DNA of 23,195 bases from an uncultured Gammaproteobacteria bacterium (GCA_964507075.1 CAZDOL010000002.1:14482-37676); one strand, 5' to 3'. Numbered from the stretch's first letter, positions 6,995 through 14,845 are shown. Program-made: numbers and translations. Notes: generated by a model from the letters alone, not told the origin.

Positions 6995-7096
6995 CCCTCC
7001 TACGTTAAAACTTCGGAGGGCTAGAAATAATATTCTAAGCACTGCTTGTCCGCCGAAGCTTCAGCGAAGGCGGAGGTCCGATTCCTGTCGGGGGTA
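6995..7096 (+). repeat. tRNA-linked element R: 79 nt of hairpin-rich sequence followed by a 23-nt duplicate of the tRNA-Arg 3' end (AGGTCCGATTCCTGTCGGGGGTA, 7074-7096)
   Basis: It starts with CCCTCCTACGTT, the same opening as element E (YCCYCCTACGYT). It contains hairpins CCCTCC...GGAGGG and CCGCC-GAAGCTTCAGCGAA-GGCGG, and carries CTTGTCCGCCG, the reverse complement of CGGCGGACAAG in copy 2 of E. Confidence 0.65.
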
Positions 7097-7126
7097 TATT
7101 TTTATACCAATAAATAAATAATACAC

Positions 7127-8056
7127 ATGACAAAATATGATCTCATAATTATTGGCACTGGGCCAGCGGCATATACCGCTTCTATTTATGCCGCGCGATA
7201 CAAATTAAAACATATTATAATAGGAGAAAAACTAGGAGGGTTGGTGACAGAAACAAATAAGATCTGTAATTTTCCGTCTGAGGAAGAAATTTCTGGAATA
7301 GACTTAATGAAAAAAATGGAAACACGAGTTAAAAATCTTGGGATCAATATCCTGAATGACAAAATCATTGATATTCAAAAAACAAAAGACGGATTTTACG
7401 TTACAAATCAAAACGAAAAAAAAATTAAGACAAAAACCGTACTATTGGCTACTGGAACCAAATCCCGTAAATTAGAAATCAATAATGAAAACAAATATAT
7501 TGGTAAAGGCGTATCTCATTGTGCGACATGTGATGCAATGTTTTATAAAAATAAAAATGTAGCTATAATTGGAGGGTCAGATAGCGCCCACGTAACATCT
7601 CTCTACTTATCTAAAATAGCAAAAAAAGTATATCAAATATATCGCAAAGATAAACTCCGCGGAGACCCTACATGGATTGAACAAGTAAAAAACAATAAAA
7701 AAATAGAGGTTATTTTTAATAATAACATCCAAGAATTAAAGGGAGATAAAATTTTAGAGGAAATAATTTTAAAAAATCCCTATCAAAAAAATAAATCTTT
7801 AAAAGTTGATGGCTTATTTATTAAAATAGGATCTACTCCAGACGGATTATTAACAAATAAATTAAAATTAGCCCAAGATAAAGAAGGATATATTAAAGTT
7901 AACAATCAACAAGAAACCAGCCTACAGGGTGTTTGGGCGGCAGGTGACGTTACCACTGCATCAAACAAACTCAAACAGATTATTACTGCCTGCAGTGAGG
8001 GAGCAATTGCCGCGGATAGTATATTCAATTTTATGCAAAGAAAAGAAATCCCGTAA
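7127..8056 (+). CDS. trxB: Thioredoxin-disulfide reductase
   Basis: FAD motif IIGTGPAAYTASIYAAR, redox centre CATCDA, NADPH motif IIGGSDSA and C-terminal GVWAAGDV. The length of 309 aa fits. Confidence 0.9.
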   Translation: MTKYDLIIIGTGPAAYTASIYAARYKLKHIIIGEKLGGLVTETNKICNFPSEEEISGIDLMKKMETRVKNLGINILNDKIIDIQKTKDGFYVTNQNEKKIKTKTVLLATGTKSRKLEINNENKYIGKGVSHCATCDAMFYKNKNVAIIGGSDSAHVTSLYLSKIAKKVYQIYRKDKLRGDPTWIEQVKNNKKIEVIFNNNIQELKGDKILEEIILKNPYQKNKSLKVDGLFIKIGSTPDGLLTNKLKLAQDKEGYIKVNNQQETSLQGVWAAGDVTTASNKLKQIITACSEGAIAADSIFNFMQRKEIP

Positions 8057-8069
8057 AATCGCTGCGCGC

Positions 8070-9047
8070 TCATGGGGCGGGCAAGAAACAAGAAACAAAT
8101 ATTTTTTTATTTAGTTTGTTACATCCGTATTCTATAACAATCTTTTCATTATTAGGAGCATCTGAATAACGAGCTGTCAAACGAGCCGCTTCTTGGATAT
8201 TTTCTTTTGTTTTATTGCCAATCAAAAGCGTAGTAGGACCAGGGAAATTAGGACAGATAAAGAAATAATCATCTGGTGATTTTAGGTTCAATAATTCTTT
8301 ATTTTCTTCTTGATTTCGGCCTACTATTATCCTGGCTTTTTTAAATATAAAATAACGACCAATTTTCAATAATGACACTTCTCTAAGTGTTATTTCTTTT
8401 TTATAACTCCAAAGATCTTTTAATCTTTCAGCATATTTTTTCTCCGTTAAAAGACAACCACCAGCTGGGGTAGAATAAGTTGTAATTTTATATTCTTGAG
8501 CTAAAGCCAATTGTTCTTTTCTGGAACGACCACTAATATTCAATAATTTCTCTCTATCTACCCATCCTTCTTTTTCTGGCTTAGTAATAGAAAGCAATTT
8601 GGCGGACAAGGGACGCAAAAGCAAATCATTTAAGCCTGAACTCTTGGCCGTTAATTTTAATGAGTGATGATGTTGAGACATAGGACGTTGCCCTAAAACT
8701 TCTCCACTAAAAATAAAATGAGATTTTGTTTCTTCCATAAATATTTTTGCTTTCTTGAGCATAAATATCCGGCAATCAATACAGGGGTTAACAGCTGAAC
8801 CATAGCCATATTTAGGAAACCTAATCATTTTCAAATAGTCCTCTTCTAATTCTATTATATGCAGGGAAACCCCCAACTGGTCAGCGCTCTCTTGGATTGT
8901 TGAATTGTTTTTATTAGACAAAAAAGGAGAAGCAAAGGTTAAGGTCGTCACGGAAATTCCTTGATCAATAATCAATTTTGTCGCCAAAACGGAATCTAAT
9001 CCTCCAGAGAAAAGTCCAATAGCTTTTATTTTTTTATTTAAAACCAT
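8070..9047 (-). CDS. PP-loop (adenine nucleotide alpha-hydrolase) ATPase, ThiI/MnmA-like putative tRNA sulfurtransferase
   Basis: PP-loop GLFSGGLDSVLA, F.SPF as in ThiI, NPCIDCR as in MnmA-type enzymes, and SGEVLGQRPMSQ...LLRPL resembling TGE.LGQVASQT...RPL of ThiI. The exact function cannot be assigned by eye. Confidence 0.6.
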   Translation of the reverse strand: MVLNKKIKAIGLFSGGLDSVLATKLIIDQGISVTTLTFASPFLSNKNNSTIQESADQLGVSLHIIELEEDYLKMIRFPKYGYGSAVNPCIDCRIFMLKKAKIFMEETKSHFIFSGEVLGQRPMSQHHHSLKLTAKSSGLNDLLLRPLSAKLLSITKPEKEGWVDREKLLNISGRSRKEQLALAQEYKITTYSTPAGGCLLTEKKYAERLKDLWSYKKEITLREVSLLKIGRYFIFKKARIIVGRNQEENKELLNLKSPDDYFFICPNFPGPTTLLIGNKTKENIQEAARLTARYSDAPNNEKIVIEYGCNKLNKKIFVSCFLPAP

Positions 9048-9143
9048 AACAAACAGTATAACAGAAATAATAAGTATTTACTAAAATCAAATGTTGTTGT
9101 AGAATGTAAGGGATAAAAAAACAAAATAAAAATCATCTTATTT

Positions 9144-10409
9144 ATGTTGGATTTAAAGTTTATTCTTCAAAACCGTAGATTAATGGAAGAAAATTGTAAA
9201 AAACGCAATTTATGCGTTGATTTTGATTTAATAGAAAAATTAGCAAACCAAAGATCGTCAACATTGCAATTGACTGAAAAATTAAGAGCAGAGATAAATC
9301 AAATCAGTAAAGAAGTTGGAAAACAAGGAAAAAATGAAGAATTAATATTAAAATCAAAAAAATTAAAGGAAGAATCAAAGGCGGGAGAAGAAAAAAATAA
9401 AGAGATTAATGATAAATTAAAGGAAGAATTATATAAAATTCCTAATCTGATTCATTCCAAAACACCTATCGGAAAAATTGATAAAGATAACAAAGAAATA
9501 GAAAAAATTGGAAAAATCCCTGATTTTAAATTTAAGCCTAAAAATCATTTAGAAATAGGAGAAAATTTAGATATTATTGATTTTGAAAGCGGAGCCAAAA
9601 CAACCGGAAGCAAGTTCTATTTTCTTAAGAATGAGGGCTTAACGCTAGACATGGCGCTTAGTCAATATGCTTTAGAAATCTTAAAAAAAGAGGGCTTTGA
9701 GCTTCTTCTTACTCCTGATTTGGCCAAAATTGACCTCATTGAGAAATTAGGCTATATTCCACGCGGACCAGAAACTCAAATATATAAAATAGAGAACAGT
9801 AATCTAGGCCTTATTGGAACCGCTGAAATAACATTGGGCGGAGTATTAGGTGATAAAATTCTATCAATTAAAGAATTGCCCATTAAATTAGCGGGTTTCT
9901 CTCATTGTTTTAGGACTGAAGCTGGAGCTTACGGAAAGGTGTCAAAAGGGCTCTATAGGGTTCATCAATTTAACAAAACAGAGATGTTTATATTCTGTTT
10001 GCCCGAACAATCAGATAAAATGCTAGAATATTTAGTAGAAACTGAAAAAAAGATATTTAAAGGATTAGGAATACCCCTAAGAATTGTAGATTGTTGTTCT
10101 GGTGATTTAGGTGCCCCAGCTTATAGAAAATTTGATATAGAGGCCTGGATGCCAGGAGAAGAAAAATGGGGAGAGATAACCAGTGCTTCTAATTGTACTG
10201 ATTTTCAAGCTAGTCGACTTAATATTAGGTTCAAAGACAAAGATGATAAAACTAAATTTATCCATACTTTGAATGCTACAGCCATAGCAACAAGTCGAGC
10301 AATTATTGCTATATTAGAAAATTTTCAACAGAAAGATGGATCGGTCTTGATTCCCAAACCTTTACAAAAATGGATGGGAATTAAAAAAATAATGGCGCGG
10401 AAGAAATAA
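9144..10409 (+). CDS. serS: Seryl-tRNA synthetase
   Basis: N-terminal coiled-coil arm, class II motifs CFRTEAGAYG / RVHQFNKTEMF, and TLNATAIATSRAIIAILENFQ. Confidence 0.92.
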   Translation: MLDLKFILQNRRLMEENCKKRNLCVDFDLIEKLANQRSSTLQLTEKLRAEINQISKEVGKQGKNEELILKSKKLKEESKAGEEKNKEINDKLKEELYKIPNLIHSKTPIGKIDKDNKEIEKIGKIPDFKFKPKNHLEIGENLDIIDFESGAKTTGSKFYFLKNEGLTLDMALSQYALEILKKEGFELLLTPDLAKIDLIEKLGYIPRGPETQIYKIENSNLGLIGTAEITLGGVLGDKILSIKELPIKLAGFSHCFRTEAGAYGKVSKGLYRVHQFNKTEMFIFCLPEQSDKMLEYLVETEKKIFKGLGIPLRIVDCCSGDLGAPAYRKFDIEAWMPGEEKWGEITSASNCTDFQASRLNIRFKDKDDKTKFIHTLNATAIATSRAIIAILENFQQKDGSVLIPKPLQKWMGIKKIMARKK

Positions 10410-10432
10410 AACAAAGAATAAAATAAATGTTC

Positions 10433-10460
10433 AAAAAATGACCAAATTGGTCATTTTTTT
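10433..10460. terminator. Bidirectional intrinsic terminator downstream of serS
   Basis: AAAAAATGACCA-AAT-TGGTCATTTTTTT: a perfect stem flanked by an A-run and a T-run. Confidence 0.7.
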
Positions 10461-10690
10461 ATAACACCAAAAAATTATTCAATTATTTAGAACCATTTTA
10501 TAATATAAACATACAATTATGTTCACGGTGGAACAAAATATGTTCTTTGTAGAACAATTTGGCTATAAGGGCTTGTTTAAGCGATAAAAGGCCCAAAAAA
10601 TGACCAAAAAATGACACATAAATAACGTTTAAGAACGCATATTACGACACATAATCAGAAATAACAACAAAATAATGCTATAAATACAAA

Positions 10691-10712
10691 TTAGCCCTTG
10701 TTTGAGGGCTAA
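10691..10712 (-). terminator. Candidate intrinsic terminator of the minus-strand methyltransferase/glycosyltransferase unit
   Basis: TTAGCCC-TTGTTTGA-GGGCTAA. On the minus strand it is followed by TTTGTATTTAT. Confidence 0.45.
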
Positions 10713-10789
10713 TTAAGTGTCGTTAAATAAACTTTTAGCTACACTTTTTTGATTATCGTTAAATATTAAAACTATTTTTAACCACATTC

Positions 10790-11353
10790 TTATAGAATGC
10801 TTTTATAAATTTCTAGCGTTTCTTGAGCGCATTTCTGCCAAGAAAACTTTTTTATCCTATTATAACCTTTTTTGATCAATTTGTCTCTCAATTCCTTGTT
10901 ATTTAACAACTCTAAAATCGCCTTGACTATTTCTTCTGTATTTCGTGGGTTAAAATATAGAGCTGCATCGCCATATATTTCCGGCAAACAAGAACCATCA
11001 GAAGAAACAACTGGTAAGCCATTCTCCATAGCTTCTAGTCCTGGTAAACCAAATCCCTCGCAAAGAGAAGGAAAAACATAAATTAAGGCATTTTGGTACA
11101 ACCATTTCAATTCTTCGTCTGAAATTCTCCCAGTGAAAATAACATTTTTTTCTATCTTTAATTCTTTGCATAACACCTGAAAAGATTTGTAGAAATCATC
11201 TATTTTTCCCACTAAAACCAATTTCAAGGATGATTTTGAAGATAAAACTACGTTAAAAGCTTTAATCAAGCGTTTAAGATTTTTGTGAGGGAAAGCATTG
11301 CCTATATAGAGCAAATATGGTTTTTTGACATTAATTTGATTCATAGGTAACAA
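10790..11353 (-). CDS. Glycosyltransferase family 4, C-terminal (Glycos_transf_1) Rossmann domain only
   Basis: PYLLYIGNAFPHKNL..LI.AF, FTGRISDEELKWLYQNALIYVFPSLCEGFGLPGLEAMENGLPVV. It lies in a different frame from, and overlaps by 23 nt, the ORF encoding the N-terminal domain. Confidence 0.75.
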   Translation of the reverse strand: MLPMNQINVKKPYLLYIGNAFPHKNLKRLIKAFNVVLSSKSSLKLVLVGKIDDFYKSFQVLCKELKIEKNVIFTGRISDEELKWLYQNALIYVFPSLCEGFGLPGLEAMENGLPVVSSDGSCLPEIYGDAALYFNPRNTEEIVKAILELLNNKELRDKLIKKGYNRIKKFSWQKCAQETLEIYKSIL

Positions 11354-11861
11354 AAATTTTATCAGGATTAATTTTATAATATTTAATGATTTCTTGTTTG
11401 CTAAAGTTTGAAACTGTAATAATTTTCTTAGATCTCTTAATTGCTGACTTAATTACTATAGAATAAGCCAATTTCTTAAAATAAAAGACCAACCATGGCA
11501 ATGTAGAGCTATCTCGAGAACTTCTTTGATGAATTAAATCATGGATAGTAACAATAAATTTTCTAAAATAGAAAAGGGGGATGTTAAAATGCAAAAAATG
11601 CACTAAATCTAAGCGCAACCCATATAGCTTAAAAGGAAAATAAATCTGTTCTTTAAAAGAATACCACCTATAATCAGCTAAAACCTTGTGAAATCTCTTG
11701 TTTTGGGGCTGATATAAATCAAAATTCTCTTGACGCAGAAAAACAAAATATTCATTCTGATCATCAATCTTCTCTAAATTAGCTATTAATTGTTGAGTAT
11801 AACGCCCTATGCCTTTGCCACCGATAGGTCCATAGAAACGAGCGTCAATTCCAATTCGCAT
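11331..11861 (-). CDS. Glycosyltransferase family 4, N-terminal (Glyco_trans_4-like) domain only
   Basis: MRIGIDARFYGPIGGKGIGRYTQQLIANL... The ATG at 11861 lies 1 nt after the upstream gene's TGA. The track ORF extends to 11951, but that extension overlaps the methyltransferase gene. Confidence 0.7.
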   Translation of the reverse strand: MRIGIDARFYGPIGGKGIGRYTQQLIANLEKIDDQNEYFVFLRQENFDLYQPQNKRFHKVLADYRWYSFKEQIYFPFKLYGLRLDLVHFLHFNIPLFYFRKFIVTIHDLIHQRSSRDSSTLPWLVFYFKKLAYSIVIKSAIKRSKKIITVSNFSKQEIIKYYKINPDKIFVTYESN

Positions 11862-11862
11862 A

Positions 11863-13071
11863 TCAATTTTTAATATTAGTAAAAATAAATATTTCTCTTT
11901 GAACAGACTGGTCTGGTCGAGAATAGATAATGGAACCTCTTTTTGTTCCATTGGTAAATGATTGTATTTTCCAACCCATTCTTATTAATTCTTCCAGAAT
12001 TGGCAGAAAATGCAAATTTTTATTTGAATCCAAAAAAGCAGGGAAGATAATACAAACTCTTCCCTTAGAATTTAAAATCTTTTTAAATTCTTTAAAAGAA
12101 GCAATATATAAATCAGATATTTTTTTAACCTCTATTCGCCAATCTCTGATTTTTAAAGGTCCCAGATATGGTTCAGTAACAATCAAATCAACGCTAAAAC
12201 GCCCTATTTTTTGAGAGATTTTCCTTGCGTCTGACTGAAAAATATTTGCTTGAAATTTAGAGCCCAAAGAAGCAAACCATTTTAAATTCTCTTTTGTCCC
12301 ATCTATTGCTTTCTGGTCATTATCGCTTCCTATTAAATGAGAATAGCCCAGTTCAGCTGCTTCTTGAAGAATTGTCCCAAAACCACAAAAGGGATCAAAG
12401 ATAATTTGAGAGTAATTTTTCTTTTTGTCAGCTAAATTCAACATTATCTTGGCCAACCTAAGTGGAATCATCCCTCTTTCAATATCTCTGACCGGCCTTT
12501 TAAAATCACGAATTTCATAAGCTCTGAAGTCCTGGCAACTCAGGGTTTGTCCCCAGAAAATTTTATTAGAATCAATTAGGAAAACAAGCTCAAAACCATT
12601 TTTTAAAAGCTTATTTCTCCTAATAATAACTGAAGACAAGATTCTCTTTTTAGAGCTAACCCAGCGTGAAGATAGGCCCTGTGCTTTTAATCTATTTTTT
12701 AACTCAAGGGCCAAAAGATTTATTTGACGCACAAAAACGCTAAAATCTGAAAGTTTTGCGCTTAGATTATATAAACTAAAGCCAAAAAAAATCTTTGAAT
12801 TATTTAGATTAGAACAAATTTTATTAACCACATTAAGAAGTGTTAAAAAGGGGATTTTGTTACCACTGCTTTCTTGAATTATTTCTCCTATTTTAATAGT
12901 TCCACCTAATTTCTTTTGCATCAAATTCAAATCTATTTTTTCTTTTGTTTCTATAATACAAATCTCAAACGAGATACTTTTAATCACAAAATTTGTTAAA
13001 GGCATCAAAACGCTTTTAATTTCAGCTAATGACAATTTTGGTTGATGTCCTAAAGCAAAAAAATATTTCAT
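11863..13071 (-). CDS. SAM-dependent RNA methyltransferase (UPF0020/Trm11-like, N-terminal THUMP-like region)
   Basis: Motif I FDPFCGFGTILQEAAELGY, LIGSDND, and motif IV variant LIVTEPYLGP. Confidence 0.6.
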   Translation of the reverse strand: MKYFFALGHQPKLSLAEIKSVLMPLTNFVIKSISFEICIIETKEKIDLNLMQKKLGGTIKIGEIIQESSGNKIPFLTLLNVVNKICSNLNNSKIFFGFSLYNLSAKLSDFSVFVRQINLLALELKNRLKAQGLSSRWVSSKKRILSSVIIRRNKLLKNGFELVFLIDSNKIFWGQTLSCQDFRAYEIRDFKRPVRDIERGMIPLRLAKIMLNLADKKKNYSQIIFDPFCGFGTILQEAAELGYSHLIGSDNDQKAIDGTKENLKWFASLGSKFQANIFQSDARKISQKIGRFSVDLIVTEPYLGPLKIRDWRIEVKKISDLYIASFKEFKKILNSKGRVCIIFPAFLDSNKNLHFLPILEELIRMGWKIQSFTNGTKRGSIIYSRPDQSVQREIFIFTNIKN

Positions 13072-13120
13072 CTACTATTATATTAGCATTAATTGCCTTA
13101 AATATCAAAACATTAACTTG

Positions 13121-13256
13121 CCCCCACACCATAACAGTAATGCATTTTTAATGCGAATTACCATTCAAAAGATTAATTCATTTATTGCAAAAAATTATTT
13201 TACTTTAAAAAAAACTTGAAAATGCAGAAAAGCATTATTGCTGTTTGGTGTGGGGG
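13121..13256. mobile_element. MITE-like non-coding element, copy B (136 bp), flanked by CTTG on both sides
   Basis: Termini CCCCCACACCATAACAGTAATGC / GCATTATTGCTGTTTGGTGTGGGGG. CTTG occurs at 13117-13120 and 13257-13260. It is colinear with copy A. Confidence 0.6.
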
Positions 13257-13260
13257 CTTG

Positions 13261-13289
13261 CCCCCACTACCTATGTATAGGTGTGGGGG
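13261..13289. repeat. Solo terminal hairpin (CCCCCACTACC-TATGTAT-AGGTGTGGGGG) flanked by CTTG on both sides
   Basis: Consists essentially of the two MITE termini joined. It is followed by a third CTTG at 13290-13293. Confidence 0.7.
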
Positions 13290-13353
13290 CTTGCCCATTT
13301 TTTTTATAATGTTATTATTAAATAAAATAAATAATTATAAATAAATTAATCCC

Positions 13354-13716
13354 ATGTACGAATTATTATACATTATTCCTAGTCCTTTTAGCGAAAAAGA
13401 TTTACCAGAAATTGCCCAAAAAATAGAAAAAACAATTATTGATTTAAAGGGTAAAATCACTCAACGAAAAGAATTGGGGAACAAAAAATTAGCTTATCCT
13501 ATAAAACAAATCTACAAAGGTTTCTATTTTCTAATAAACTTTGAAATAGATGCTGATAATTTGCCTAAATTAAATCAGAAACTAACACTAAGTCCTGAAA
13601 TTCTGCGACATATGATTGTTAAAGCAATTATCCCTAAACCAAAAAAAGAAAGAAGGAAAAATAAAGAAGTTCCTAAAATTGAAAGTTTTGAGGATATTAA
13701 AAATGTCAAAATTTAA
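13354..13716 (+). CDS. rpsF: 30S ribosomal protein S6
   Basis: MYELLYII.P...E..L.....K....I...G.I......G.KKLAYPI. It is the first gene of the conserved rpsF-ssb-rpsR order. Confidence 0.9.
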   Translation: MYELLYIIPSPFSEKDLPEIAQKIEKTIIDLKGKITQRKELGNKKLAYPIKQIYKGFYFLINFEIDADNLPKLNQKLTLSPEILRHMIVKAIIPKPKKERRKNKEVPKIESFEDIKNVKI

Positions 13717-13745
13717 AAAAAATAATTTTATTTAACTTTAATATT

Positions 13746-14174
13746 ATGAATGTTAACAAAGCAATTATTTTGGGTAATTTGACTCGCGACCCTGAAGTTA
13801 AAACTATACCCTCCGGGCAAACAGTTGCATCTTTCAGTATAGCCACTAATAGATTTTGGACAGATAAGGCTAGTGGTGAAAAGAAAAAAAGCGCTGAATA
13901 TCATAATGTAATCGCTTGGGGAAGATTAGCTGAAATTGCTCAACAATTCTTGACCAAAGGGGGTTTGGTTTATGTTGAAGGACGATTACAAACAAGAAGT
14001 TGGGAAGATCAACAGGGAAACAAAAAGTATAGAACTGAGGTTGTTGCCGAAAGAATGCAATTAGGGCCTCGTGGCACTGGGACTAGCGCTAATCCTAATA
14101 AAGAAAATCCTGAAAAGACAGAAGAGGATGTTTCTTCTCCTGAGGACATAAATGTTGAAGAAATCCCGTTCTAA
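13746..14174 (+). CDS. ssb: Single-stranded DNA-binding protein
   Basis: [19 protein letters not shown]...F.IATNR...[13 protein letters not shown]....[17 protein letters not shown], with an acidic C-terminal tip EEIPF. Confidence 0.92.
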   Translation: MNVNKAIILGNLTRDPEVKTIPSGQTVASFSIATNRFWTDKASGEKKKSAEYHNVIAWGRLAEIAQQFLTKGGLVYVEGRLQTRSWEDQQGNKKYRTEVVAERMQLGPRGTGTSANPNKENPEKTEEDVSSPEDINVEEIPF

Positions 14175-14227
14175 ATAAATGTTTAGAACTTAAAAATAAT
14201 AATGACTACCAGTATAAACGTAAACCT

Positions 14228-14443
14228 ATGAATAATAATGAACAGAAACACTGTTATTTTTGCATTAATAACATTAATGAAATTGACTATAAAGATATTG
14301 ACCTTTTGAGACGTTTTGTTTCTAATTATGAAAAAATACTTCCTCGTCGCAAAAAAGGAACATGCCTTAAACATCAAAGAAAGTTAGCTAGAGCAATCAA
14401 AAGGGCCCGTATTATGGCTTTACTGCCTTTTGTTAGAAAATAA
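14228..14443 (+). CDS. rpsR: 30S ribosomal protein S18
   Basis: CYFC.......IDYKD..LLRRF.S...KILPRR..G.C.KHQRKLA.AIKRAR.MALLPF. Confidence 0.92.
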   Translation: MNNNEQKHCYFCINNINEIDYKDIDLLRRFVSNYEKILPRRKKGTCLKHQRKLARAIKRARIMALLPFVRK

Positions 14444-14550
14444 GAACCATTCCTCGCTTCGCTCGTCAGAACCTTGTTATTCGCTTTGCTCATGTTAAGA
14501 ACCATTCCTCGCTTCGCTCGTCAGAACCTTGTTATTCGCTTCGCTCATAA
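14441..14550. repeat. Tandem direct repeat, 2 x 55 bp (TAAGAACCATTCCTCGCTTCGCTCGTCAGAACCTTGTTATTCGCTTYGCTCAT..)
   Basis: Units at 14441-14495 and 14496-14550 differ at one internal position plus the unit ends. Each unit contains two AGAACC...TCGCTTYGCTC sub-repeats. The repeat starts on the rpsR stop codon. Confidence 0.85.
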
Positions 14551-14725
14551 TAAAAAGTTTTGTCTGATAAAATCAAACCCGTAGGGTGAAAATTTTGTTA
14601 CCCGCCTGCCATCCGCTTGAGCCGATTATTATAAATAAGTTTTTTTGAGTTAAATAGGATTATTCTATAATTTAAGCTATTACAACTAAATAGCGTCAGG
14701 CGATTGCGGGCAGGGAAAACCTTTA

Positions 14726-14781
14726 CCCTGTTAAATAATTTCGCTAAAAGCGAAATTGCTGCAGAGCAGCATTTAACAGGG
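14726..14781 (+). other. 56-nt perfect three-way-junction palindrome set (candidate structured RNA or cis-regulatory element upstream of efp)
   Basis: CCCTGTTAAAT | AATTTCGCT-AAA-AGCGAAATT | GCTGC-AGA-GCAGC | ATTTAACAGGG. It has 11 + 9 + 5 Watson-Crick pairs, no unpaired junction nucleotide and only two triloops unpaired. Confidence 0.5.
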
Positions 14782-14845
14782 TACTCAAATTTGTGACGAA
14801 ATTTCCTTCGTTACTTCGTAACTCGCAAATTTAGACAAATTTGGT

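Noticed and set aside
6775-7096. Split, permuted or giant-intron tRNA formed by the outer 5' (6775-6786) and 3' (7074-7096) fragments
   Set aside because: The outer fragments lack D and anticodon arms. The sequence preceding the 3' fragment (GGAGG) cannot pair as a T-stem. An intact tRNA lies between them, so they are better explained as duplications accompanying insertions.
14444-14473. Hammerhead-ribozyme-like core on the minus strand (GGTTCTGACGAGCGAAGCGAGGAATGGTTC contains CTGACGAG)
   Set aside because: After CUGANGA, stem II would be only 2 bp. The obligatory GAAA is replaced by GAGGAA, so the conserved core cannot be formed.
14441-14550. Possible CRISPR array (repeated units of about 27-55 bp)
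   Set aside because: There are only two contiguous units with no unique spacers between them, no cas genes are in the window, and the units are tandem duplications rather than repeat-spacer-repeat.
14584-14591. GGGTGAAA, reminiscent of a conserved RNase P RNA segment
   Set aside because: The other universally conserved RNase P blocks (for example GAGGAAAGTCC) are absent from the spacer, and the region is too short.
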